Source: Paragordius varius (taxonomy: Eukaryota; Animalia; Nematomorpha). Taken from it: a DNA stretch of 64,000 nucleotides. The stretch covers positions 2,852,001 to 2,916,000 of the forward strand of contig OZ176057.1 in the NCBI GenBank assembly GCA_964247055.1, given 5' to 3'. The position numbers and the translations under genes are program-made. The notes under the pieces are model-generated. The model was not told the DNA's origin and made no database searches. It saw nothing but the letters and a program-made list of their open reading frames with translations. Of the stretch, positions 52,874 through 64,000 are shown one piece after another. How positions within the stretch are numbered: the stretch's first letter is position 1; each line of letters starts with the position of its first letter.

Positions 52874-53744
52874 ATGACCATAAGGGCCAAAACAAAATCC
52901 AAAATTATACAATACATTTTTATATCATTTATATGTCATCAGGATATTTTTTGCCAACACTTGGAATATGAAGTAGACTACAAAATTTTGCTAACAAATA
53001 AATAGTTGACAAAGTATGCTTTTTTATGTAATTATAATAAATTTTGATCATATTTTTGAAAAAAAACAACTTCCCAAAAATTTGTGTAATAAAATGTGCT
53101 CAAATTTTGCCATTTTCTGATTAGTAAAAGTCATAATAATTTTTTTATATAACGTATGTCTCCGAATTCAGGATAATTTTTCGTAAATAAATTAACACTA
53201 AACAAAAGTTTTATCAAAACTTGATAGCGCCATCGAAATAAATAGAAAAGGTGCTGATTAGAAGTTTTCCAATTTAACATGCTTTAAATTACTTAAGGCT
53301 TAAACTAATGCTAAATTTTAATTTTTGTAATTAACTTTTTAAAATATTTTTTTATATAAAACACCATATAAATAGATCTAATCGCAAAGATTATACATTG
53401 AGTATAAAAATAAAACTAACCCATTTAAGTGGTGACAGTTGCCCCATGTAAAAATTTATTAAAATTAGCTTTTTGAATATAGTGTATGATATAATTATAT
53501 AATATTTTTACATTATTATGCATTTAGCTTTCACCATATTATTATTTAACATAGCACTTAAGATATTTTTCAATATGGAACAATTACTACAGTGGCTCAA
53601 TTTCTTTTTACTGACTCATGGGCAAAACTAAAAATCATAGGTGAAGCATTTTTTCACAGAAAATACATATAGATTTATAAAAAACTTAAAAGTATTGAAT
53701 TTTAGTTTGACATGCAAACGCGATATATAAATTTTTTGACCTAG

Positions 53745-53780
53745 TCAATATGGGTTTGCACAAAGTAGCGCAAGAGCCCT
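53745..53780 (+). CDS. Candidate exon (36 nt): (x)NMGLHKVAQEP
   Basis: ttttttgacctag|TCAAT...GAGCCCT|gtaata. Symmetric, but GAGCCCTG could also be a hAT terminus. Confidence 0.4.
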
Positions 53781-53959
53781 GTAATAATGTGATACATATT
53801 TATATGCCATTTTTCTAATCATATATAAATAATTGCCTACTTTGATGAAAACTAAATTTTAGCAAACTAGAAGCGTATTTTATGGTAGTACACATTCATT
53901 CATTCAAAAAAAATGCGCAAAATTACCTTTATAATATTTTCTTATAATTTTTCTATTTA

Positions 53960-54340
53960 TCGTTTTATTTGAAGTATATTACATTCCGAGTCATATTTTT
54001 TATTCCTCAGTTGTAAAGATGCGTATTTTATTTCATTTTTATTTATTGATATATATTTATTTATCTATTTTTTTGGCTCAAGTTTTTTGGTTCTTTTTTT
54101 GGTTTCATTTAAGTATTAGTTACTATCTATTTTAGTGTTTATTTTTATCTATTATTATAAATCTTATTTATCGTATTTTTGTTTTTTTATGGGTGTTATT
54201 TGTAAGGCGTGCAGGCCAGACCTGGCCCGCTGCAGGAGGTAGGGGCCAATAGGGATAAGTTATGTTGTAGAGTGTGTTTTGCGAGTATAAATGTTGGTTC
54301 GTTAAGAAGTATTATTATATTGGAAACCGTATAATATACA
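53960..54340 (-). mobile_element. Possible 5' fragment of a LINE (GC-rich UTR, A-rich leader, decayed TWNV start)
   Basis: Minus-strand NMTRNV resembles the APE start TWNV; layout matches the RTE 5' end. Confidence 0.3.
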
Positions 54341-54440
54341 CTTACACATATATTTATAATGATTCAGTTAAAGATTCTACATGCAAATTTATTTACCATC
54401 ATGGCGATTCTTAAATAATACTATTTATAATTATTTTTAG

Positions 54441-54601
54441 GCTATGGGGAAACAAAGCTGAAATTTCTAGATAAATGTTCATTATTCAATTTTATAATTG
54501 TCTTTATATTTTATATCGTTTTATATGTGTCAAAATACCATAATATACGTCAATATAAATTAATTAAAATTAAGTTTACACCAAATTATGTTTTTTTCTA
54601 A
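54441..54601 (+). CDS. Gene 2 candidate terminal exon with TM-like segment: (x)YGETKLKFLDKCSLFNFIIVFIFYIVLYVSKYHN...F-stop
   Basis: ttatttttag acceptor, 52 open codons, 17-aa hydrophobic run. An alternative phase-1 donor lies at 54477. Confidence 0.45.
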
Positions 54602-56176
54602 AAGAATTATTCAATTACTTGAATAATATTGAATGATTCCTCAAGACATGTTATGGAGATTATTTTCTTAGCCTACCTTTTTAATAATAAGTCATAGTAC
54701 CTCCTATCATGCAATAGGTGTATGAAACGAAAAGTTAAAATTTATGAGATCGTTTACTCCTTGTTGTGGACTTATCAGTCACATATAAAGAACACGGGTA
54801 AACACTACAGTTAAGATTTTGTATATATACTGAGTATTTAAGTTTTTAAGATGACCCTTTGGGTGTTCCCTGTTTTAAGACCAACATTTGGTAAAAACTT
54901 TAATACTAAGTATACATATAAAAAACCCTAACTGAAAGTGTTTCGTGTTTATTATGTCTGACTGATTACAACAAGGCGAAACGCGTCTCACACTATGACA
55001 TGTGGTAAACACTGTCCTCTGTAAATTTTTGTTTTATAAAACCGCCTATTGCTTGATAGGAGGTCCTATAACATCCAATTGCAAAGGTAGACTAAGTAAA
55101 TAATCTCCATAACATGTTTTATACCTTTGTAGATGACGAAAAGAATTACAGTAAATACCAATAAACCTAGGTACCATAGCCGCGTGTATAAGTGAACAAA
55201 TATAACCAGATCAAAAAATGCTTTTACAATTTAAAATTTGGGAGCCATATTTTGAGATATGTACAACATAGGATTAGGTAGATTACATCAAAAATATTAT
55301 CATGAAATAATTTTAAATATTGAATGAAAAAAGGGTTGTGGTATAAACACCAAGCTGAGATGAGTATTAAACATAGAAAAAACCCATGGAACGCTTACGC
55401 TTTGTTACCAGTTGGAACCCAAAAGTAATTTTTCGAAATTGTGCTTATTTTATATAATCTTCTTCATTTATTGTCGATTAATTTTTTGTAAAATTAATAA
55501 TGTAATGTTCTATATGTTAATTTCTTTAGCAATTACCTCTCTAGAAATATATATATATATATGAATTCTAGATATAAATAATATTTCACACGTTTGCTAA
55601 AAATATGTTAACAATAGTACGCCATAGAGATGCATTACGTCTTACAATTGACTTAGGGTTGTAAATATCTGAGTGATTTAAGTGTTTTACTAAAAAAATA
55701 TATCACCTTTTAAATTTATTCATGTAAACAAGATATATATTAAATGAAAATTTTCTTAAATAGCTTGAGACACGCTAAGTGTGAGGTCCAAAAATAACAT
55801 GTATCTAAACTATTTAAATATTTGCTTCAAGATGTTTAAGAAGTAACCCAATTTATATATATAACTTAGAAAAAATGTCATGTTTTGGACATCGTTTTAT
55901 ATGCTAAAAATTACGAAAAATTTATAATAAAATAAAAAACTCAAAAATAAGAAACAAGAATAGTAATAAAATGGTAATAAAAAATGTATGTATGTACCCT
56001 CAAACCAAAAATAAGGATACTATTCGTTCGCAGGTATTTCTTAGCCAAAATAATACCGTATACTTTAAATTTTTATATACACATACAGATATTAACATAT
56101 TTTTGTTAAAAAAAATTTTGTGAAACATATTCCTCCAACTTTAAAATTATCACTATTTACGACAAATAATCCGTTC

Positions 56177-56228
56177 ATGATTAGACTATCCCTTTTACTG
56201 TGCTTTGCAATTATTGGCTGTGTTTCAG
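56177..56228 (+). CDS. Gene 3 exon 1: signal peptide MIRLSLLLCFAIIGCVS
   Basis: ATG ATT AGA ... GTT TCA G|gtttct, followed by a 98-nt intron. Confidence 0.85.
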
Positions 56229-56326
56229 GTTTCTTTTTCCTAATATTTTTATGCGTAAACTATTATGTAGAATAAATTTCTATGATAACATAACTAACAT
56301 TTTTATAATAATTTTTCTAATCAAAG

Positions 56327-56368
56327 GAGATAATGGGAGTGGTAAACCAGTCGATTCACCAAAACCAG
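56327..56368 (+). CDS. Gene 3 exon (42 nt): (G)DNGSGKPVDSPKP
   Basis: ctaac branch motif; tcaaag|GAGAT...AAACCAG|gtttaa. Confidence 0.85.
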
Positions 56369-56446
56369 GTTTAATATAAATCGCAATTAACTATTTTTCA
56401 TCATTTTTTATCATTATTACAATTACAAATTTTTTAAACTTAATAG

Positions 56447-56464
56447 CAATCCCTGAAGGATCAT
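56447..56464 (+). CDS. Gene 3 microexon (18 nt): (A)IPEGS
   Basis: ttaatag|CAATCCCTGAAGGATCAT|gtaagt, a consensus donor. Confidence 0.85.
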
Positions 56465-57463
56465 GTAAGTCTATGAAATTTTTATTTATTCGTGAAACAT
56501 TTTCAACAATTATTAACTCATATTTTAGTAAAATAATTTATATTATTTGTTATCGCCTAGGTAGTCCTTAATTAAACATTTGGTTATTGATTAAACAAAA
56601 CCCTATTAAAACACCTAATCTTTTAGTTTATATAAAAGTAAAGAGCACTTTAATGCTATATATGTTTTTTAATTCATTAATTTGCATGTAATTAGCCATG
56701 GTTAAAATTTTTCGTTTATTTATTACATATTTAATACCTTGATACCGTTTCACTTTTTTTGTCCTAGTCCCAGAGCTTGTTTTATTAAATAAAACAGTTT
56801 TGAAAGTTAATTGAGGTAAAACTTTAATTATAAAACATTGTTCTATGTATTGGATATATAAGGTTAGGTTACAAATTTTACCGCTTTATGACTTCTAGGG
56901 TCGAAAATTGAAACAGCTCCAAAGGATTGTAACGAACAGCTGTATCATATAGAAATATATCAAAAGTTTGCTGGTAAAATAAAACCTGAATACTTTTTAA
57001 AAATAATATCCATTTCAAACCATACATTTATTGGATGTTGTATTAATAAATAAATGATTTTTGGAAAAAAAATGATGGTAAAATGGATTATTTTACAATT
57101 CTATGCGCCTAAAAGACTCAGGAAAGCTGATTTTAAAATTTTAGGATAAAAATAATCGCTCTTGGATGTAAAACAACCCCCAAAAGGTGAGTGTTAACAC
57201 TATTTTTTCCCACACTTTGATATGTATGTAATAAAATAAATAATCAATCATAAACATAGCTACTGACATGTTTAATTACTCTTATGGCCAATAAAAATAC
57301 AGATATAGCCTATAAATTATGTATTGTAAATAGCAAACTGTATAAACCAATGTTAAGTACTCATTAATTGTGTTTTATCTATAATAATTTTAATAAAATA
57401 GTTTTTAACCAATGAGTGAATATTAAAGTATAGTTAGAACAAATATTTTTCCCAAAATTTTAG

Positions 57464-57523
57464 TCGTATGCTATTACCCACAATGCTCGTATCCACAACC
57501 TCCGCCACCAGAAATGCCTACAG
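57464..57523 (+). CDS. Gene 3 exon (60 nt): (F)VCYYPQCSYPQPPPPEMPT
   Basis: aattttag|TCGTA...CCTACAG|gttttt. Paralogous to 18456-18488. Confidence 0.9.
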
Positions 57524-59530
57524 GTTTTTACCCAGTACTTATAAAATTTTTTCACGAGTACAAAAATCTTTATTCAATATATTTTATAACATTCACACTT
57601 TAAAATACGTATTTCCCTTCAATCAAAACTTCAAAACAATCGAACAACTTTTCATTAAGTTTGATTTTATGTTAAACATAACATTATAAGACGCTAGCTA
57701 ATTGGATCTAACTCCAATTTTGTTTTTTGATATATCCCTTAAAAAAAACTTTAACATTTTATATTTAATCCTAAACTTGCGAATTTTCCTATATTTCATG
57801 AAATATAATAATATATAAAATAGTTTGGGTGTTTCCGAGCTAAATTTATTGAGATATCTAGTATTGTTTTTAGCGTGTTTTACCCTTTCTCTATCTTTCC
57901 TCACCCAAATGTGATAGTTTTTTTGAAAAACTGTAATTCTAAATATTTTTTTTTATACAGGCCAAGAGGGGTATAGTATATCAACACCTCTTAAAACAGT
58001 TTGTACTTTAAGCATTAAGGTAGATTGCTACAAAATGTTATCGCTTGCAAAAATGAAAAGGTCATGAAGTGTTAAATAAATTAAACATTCAAACATTTAT
58101 TAAAAACAACCATTTGTTATAAAATCCAAATTTTATGATATTTTATTAATAAAAATGTTAAAACTAGGGTAATGAAATAGTACTGGACGAAATTAATAAT
58201 TTATCTCAGAACCACCCAAATTTTTAAAGTTTGAAAAATTTAGTCAGGTTGACATAAACATTAAATATTGAAATGTTTGACACCCTAATCAAAATGTAAT
58301 AGTAAAAAATATGATTTTAGATTATATTATGAGTAATAAATAACTGTGTTGTTAACAAGATAAATGAAAATGATATTTTAGTATTTTATTTATATCTTGT
58401 AATAATATATATTTTATTGACTAGAAAATTCTTTAATTATTTGAGTTTTGTATTGGGAAATTGATTTGAAAATGGGTTTAATTATTCAGAAAAATGTATT
58501 TAGATTTGGAAATGGATATGTTTAACATACAGAAACCTAAGAAGAAGCGCATGCTTTGCCTTTCAAAGCTCAAATTTAATTATAATTTGTAAATAGTGAA
58601 TTGTAAGGTACTGCTACTATAATCAAATATAATTCCGATCTAATACTTTAACATTGGACAGAAATAGGTTCGCTAATTTATAACAAAAAATTTTAACTTA
58701 TTTTAACAATTGGGCCAAATATATAAATTGGTATTATTTGGTCTTTTTAAGGTGAATTATTGTATTTTTTTAACTTTTTATAAAAAATGTAACTTCTATC
58801 CGCGATTTGTTAGATAATATAAAATAAAAAAGTATACATATATATATAAAGTGTAGATAGTTGTCAACACGCTCCTGAAAGAATAGTAAAAATTCTAGAA
58901 AAGTTAAAATAACTTTTTAATTATCACAAATAGTAAAAGTATCTTAAGAATCTAAATTCATTTTTCCATCACCGTATAGACTAATCCTTTTAAAATAGCC
59001 CTATAAGACTTAGATCATTTTTGTTAAAACAGATATTTTGGTTGAGTCGGATTATGTCAAAATTTTGATGAAGCATATTTTTGTTTTTGAAATTTAATAC
59101 GATTTGGAGTGACGTTTGTTTGTGAGTTATGGTAAACTATTGTTTAAAAGTTTTAAAAGTCATATTGGTATCTCTTTATAGAACAATGCCAGCTTGCAAT
59201 AATTAGACACCAAAATATTTGAGATTTTGTAAAATTAGAGTATAATATATTTTAATAATTTTGGGAATAAAGTTATTATTATCCAAAAAAATTAAACTAT
59301 ACACGAAATTTCGCGACTTTCAATACTCATTAATACAAGATAACTTCAAAATTATTTTATGATATGATTCCTAAGCCGCAAAACTAGCATCATAATCCCT
59401 ATACATATTTAAAATCTATTTCGCTATTTCTGTGTTGTGATGTTAAATGATATTTTTGCAGTGCACTATTCCACAAGATCATACATAATTATTAGTATGG
59501 CATAAAATTTATTATATTTTATATTTGTAG

Positions 59531-59584
59531 GATGTTATCAGGCAGATTGCCAGGGATATCATCAGCCAGCAAGGCCATCGTCAG
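59531..59584 (+). CDS. Gene 3 exon (54 nt): (G)CYQADCQGYHQPARPSS
   Basis: atatttgtag|GATGT...TCGTCAG|gtattc. Symmetric. Confidence 0.88.
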
Positions 59585-61260
59585 GTATTCTACAGTAAAA
59601 AATTATATGTCAAATTTTGGTTAACTAACATCGGTCGGTGAGTTGTTAATTATAAACGGTAAGAATTCTATATTTTTAAATTTAAAATAATATTTAATAA
59701 AAAACATGAAGTGCGTTTACCCTAAAAAGACATTGAATAAGTTAACTCAAACCTTTTTGTTTTCAACCAAACAGTTGTTATTCGCCATACTCCATATATC
59801 TCGAATTATAAGATTAGATGTGTATTATTTTGGGTAAATAAATTTTTACATAATTTATAACCTATTAATTTTTAAGACCTTGACTCAAATTGGGGTATCA
59901 AAGACCCGAGACTATATAAGTTGTATTTTTAAAAACGACAGAAGTAAACTGTTCCAATTTTATGCTTCTATTCTGATAAAAATTATAGAAATAAGCTAGT
60001 CGTATTATAATTTCGCTTTCCAAAAAAAGTTCCATTCACTATCAGACTACTTCGACGGCAATTTTATATCACAACAAGTTTGCAAAATATCTGTGAATTA
60101 GATTCAACGCTAAAATTTAAGCTAATTGTATTACCTATCTATAACATCGTAAAGAAAAAAGTTTTTCAATTGATTTATTTTTATATTTAGCTATTATACA
60201 CATGTCATGTTAACTAAATTTTTACCTTGATATTTATCCATAAAATAAGTTAAAAGATTTTCAAAAGCAATCATTCCTATAATTTGGTGCTTCATTGTAA
60301 TATAATTGCAAACTTTTGATGTCGATTTCCATAAAAAAGATTTTGAACAGGCCTAGGGTCACCACCCAATTCGATTCATGAATGTGCTGTATACAAGTGT
60401 TAAAATTTTTCTGATTGAAAAATGAACCACATAATTAATTTACAGCAGTCATCTGATTTTGAAAACTTGAAATCAAATTTTTGTATAAAAAAAAATAAAA
60501 ATAAACCCTTTCGTTATTACCGATACTAGGAAAATTTTTACAAAGCATTTTGTAGTGGTAAATCTTAATATATGCTAGTCTCAAACTTTTGCCAATTATC
60601 ATGATTATATTAATCAACTGTTTGTTTCGATATAGTTTAATAGTTACTAAAATAGAGACTTTTTATAACTTTCACACATTTACACATAAAAAATAAAAAG
60701 GTATTATATGGGAACATAAAAACAATCCAAAATATATAGTTCCGTTAAAATTTGAAATTTGGGGTATTATAGAATATACATTTATATATACCTGTGTTGT
60801 TTTGGTTACCCCTGACTTTTTAAAATAAATTAGTAGATCTTATACCAAGTTAAAATGTATTTAATATTTAGGATATACTATGATTTATTAATGGTTGCAG
60901 AATTAAAACCTTAACTAATATGCTGTATTTTATAAACAAAAGTTTTACTTATTTAACCATATATGATTATACCAGTTTTGAACAAACCTCTTTAATATTT
61001 AAAAATAATTTTTATAGTGTCAGATCACGTATTTTGGATTTTGTATAATAAATAATATATTCTTACGCTTGGGCTTAATAAGTAATGAATTTTTAATAAA
61101 GTACCGAGTTGTATTTAATTTATCCAAAACTTTATTAAGAGATGAAATGCCTATTTTTTATACATCGATCAAACAATACCATCATTATATTATAAATAAA
61201 GTATATCTGCTTAAACAATTGTTACCTTATTTATATAAGCATTTTTATATTTACTTATAG

Positions 61261-61284
61261 GTTGTCGTCGTAGCGGATGTTCAG
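61261..61284 (+). CDS. Gene 3 microexon (24 nt): (G)CRRSGCS
   Basis: ttacttatag|GTTGT...GTTCAG|gttaat. Symmetric. Confidence 0.85.
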
Positions 61285-61793
61285 GTTAATTATTTATCAT
61301 TGTTTCATAAAAAATTAAATTTAATTGTATAAATCTTTATTTTATTAATAATTTTTAAGGATTGAATTAACCAGATTTTTTCATAAAACTTATATTTTCA
61401 ATAACGCTTAATAGGGAAGGGATGTTAATTGGAAACATTTCACACATAATTTTGATGCAGTAAAAATTGGAATTATACGGACAAAATATAAAAATATAAG
61501 ACAAATATTTTTTCCAAAACACACCCATACTATTTAAATCTTGTTTTTTTTATTAATAAATCATTGTTAATGAATTATAGATATATAATAGTAACACAAT
61601 CAATTATATATTTTACAATTGTAATAAAATAATTTATTTGGCAAAAATTCATGTTTTATGGTTTGTTAATTAAATAAAAATATTTGCTTTGATATTTTTA
61701 CGTTTCCATAGTATAATTTCAATTTTTACTGTAAAAAACATAAAATGAAAACGCTTTTTATTTAAAGGCTTTGTCTAAATAATTTAATCTACA

Positions 61794-63394
61794 CAGGGCT
61801 TCTTAAACTATGGGTCGCGACCCCATTTGGGGTCGTGAGTGATAAAAAATAAATTTGACAAAAAATGTTTTTTAACTTGTAAAATTATTGTTATAAAGAA
61901 AAATAACAATCATCGTATATAAATATATCCTAAAATCTTCTGGTTCGGAAAGACTGTTTATACCAGCATTTCTATATTGATCATCATAATCTATATATTT
62001 ATAAAAATGGAAAATGCTGGCTTTGTGATCTGTTTCCGGAAAACCGGTAGACACATTCAAATCCAAATGTCAAAAAATATTCATTTCCCGACAATAGCTT
62101 CGCCCTTTTTTAAAATTAGGCCCCTTCGGGCCCACCTTGTGTAAAAAACGTTTTTTTGAAAGTCCACAGTCTCTGAGACAATTTTCCGCAAAAGGTGTTG
62201 GTCGATTTCAAATATGATTTTTTTACCTTTTCTCGATTGCCCCGAACATAGTGGGTTTACTTTTTTAATTTAGGCTCTCTTTTTACCCTCTTCCCCCGTA
62301 AAATGCTATTTTTTTCAAAAAAAACTAAATAATTTTTTGTCGGGTATGAGACCGTTATTCAATGAAGATTCCAGGTATTCCCTATTAAAAGACAAAAATT
62401 TTAGCCTTGCGTTTTTTAAATATTGGCTGCTAGGTAAACAGATAGCTGCTAGAACTGCTCTACTATACAGAAATTTCGTTTTTGGAACTAATTTACAGAA
62501 AATTTATAAAGCCATATGAGCTTAAAAGCTTACCGTAACTAGGTAAAAATTAAGGTCGGGCTTATCAGCCGTTAATTTGGGGTCTTTATGCCCCCATCAT
62601 ATAATTATTTACTGTTGAAGTATTTTTTTGAATAACCCATGAGACGATGGTATCAAAGATAATTCCAAATATTTGCCCTATAAAGGCAAAGAATTTAACT
62701 CAGCACTTTTTCCATACTATGGGTAGGGGTTTCCAAAACAGAGACGCCATATAAAATGGCGTAGTTTTGGAGCTAATGTTCAAAAAACTTAAGGAGCCAT
62801 ACGAGTTTAGTTAAACACACTGGATAATTTGTATAATATCATTCTCTCCTTTTAAAAGGGATCACAAATGATTTACTTTTTATAACCCTTGATCCCTTCT
62901 GTGTGAACACAATTTCAAAATAGAACTTTTAACCATGATTTCGTAAAATAAAAATTTAAAATAAATCCAATGATAGTTGAATACTAACTTTAATAGGGAC
63001 AGTTTAAATATGGTCAATTTCGAGTAAACAATATTTGAGCCTATGCAAAAATTCGGAAAAGAATAATTAAAGACATTTGTTATTAAATATATTTTTTATT
63101 ATTTTTTTATCTTTATTAACTCTATATATTACAAATTATTAGGAATAAGCAAAGCGTAACAGGGCCAGCCAGTATCTTGGTTAAATTATTCAGAAAATGT
63201 TATAGAAATTTATAAAAAATGTAGATTTATTTTTGTCAATTTCTTAAAACCGAAATAATCCTGATAAATATTATCAACAATATTTCTAAGTGTTATTGCG
63301 AAGAAACTATTATTTTTTTCATATTTGTTGGGGTCGTGAAAGAAACACGCCATCATAAATGGGGTCGGGAACTACAAAAGTTTAATAAGCCCTG
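61794..63394. mobile_element. hAT non-autonomous element with internal insertions, in the last intron of gene 3
   Basis: TIR CAGGGCTTCTTAAACT / AGTTTAATAAGCCCTG; gggtcgcgacccc subterminal motif; near-TSD atctacac/atctatac. Confidence 0.75.
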
Positions 63395-63446
63395 ATCTAT
63401 ACTGTTTATATAATTAAACATATGCATATATTTTATTGTATATTAG

Positions 63447-63529
63447 GATATTCATGTGACCAACATTGCAACTGTAATAATTTAATCATAATAATATTAG
63501 TTATATTTATAGTAATTAAAACCACATAA
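63447..63529 (+). CDS. Gene 3 terminal exon: (G)YSCDQHCNCNNLIIIILVIFIVIKTT-stop (membrane anchor or GPI-like tail)
   Basis: tgtatattag acceptor; 12 consecutive I/L/V/F before TAA at 63527-63529. An alternative phase-1 donor (gtaata) lies at 63474. Confidence 0.75.
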
Positions 63530-64000
63530 AACTAATATATTTTCCAAAACCGTCTTGTTTTTCTAGTATTTAAACCCCAAGGATGTCCAATAAAAATGGT
63601 TTTATAGGCCACATTTTAAATCAAAAAATAATAATGGACATTAATAGATAAATATTTTATTAGATTTTAGACCTATATATAAAACCAACAATTTATTTTA
63701 ACATTTTCTCTACAAGTTGATTGTCAAAATTCGGAAAAATTTATCAGAAAATTTGTTCAGAAAATATTTTAGTCTTAGATTTCGTAATGTTATAATTTTT
63801 TTAAATTTTCGCGGGCCAAATGAAGTCTCACACGGTCGCGTATTGATAAACTCTAATCTTACAACAATTTGATGTGAAATCCTTAAATCTAATATCAATG
63901 CAAATCTCCTGTTGTGTGGTATAAACCCGTACAAAAATTTAAAAAAAATTACAATATTTTGTTAATATGATCGGTGAAAAAATCGCTTGAAAGTATACCT

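Noticed and set aside
54200-54270. GC island tested as an HDV-like ribozyme
   Set aside because: P3 (ACC needs GGT) and P1/P2 pairings could not be completed on either strand.
61872-62066. Minus 64-aa ORF MDLNVSTGF...
   Set aside because: Inside a hAT element; likely a transposase relic or noise, not a host gene.

Overview
Very AT-rich eukaryotic (probably invertebrate) genomic DNA. The ORF track is dominated by transposon relics and noise: a decayed RTE-type LINE (24.4-27.7 kb), a decayed Ty3/Gypsy element (48.1-52.1 kb, minus), several hAT transposase relics, IS630/Tc1-like and THAP relics, and many MITEs. Reading for short GC-richer islands bounded by ag/gt reveals what the ORF track misses: a tandem cluster of plus-strand genes built almost entirely from tiny (9-78 nt), phase-1, frame-symmetric exons. 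Gene 1 spans ~3820-33880, gene 3 spans 56177-63529 (complete, 110 aa), and a weaker gene 2 spans ~36739-54601. Genes 1 and 3 encode a signal peptide, Cys-pair and Pro-rich modules and a hydrophobic C-terminal (GPI/TM-like) tail, an architecture reminiscent of schistosome micro-exon genes. Nested tandem duplications (3.85 kb and 1.95 kb) have multiplied exons of gene 1. The duplicated 6-Cys antistasin-like exon differs at 13/78 nt (10 residue changes, all Cys kept), while its immediate intron flanks are almost identical, a signature of strong diversifying selection. The RTE 5' end carries a near-textbook HDV-like ribozyme core lacking its scissile strand. All gene models are manual predictions without transcript evidence.
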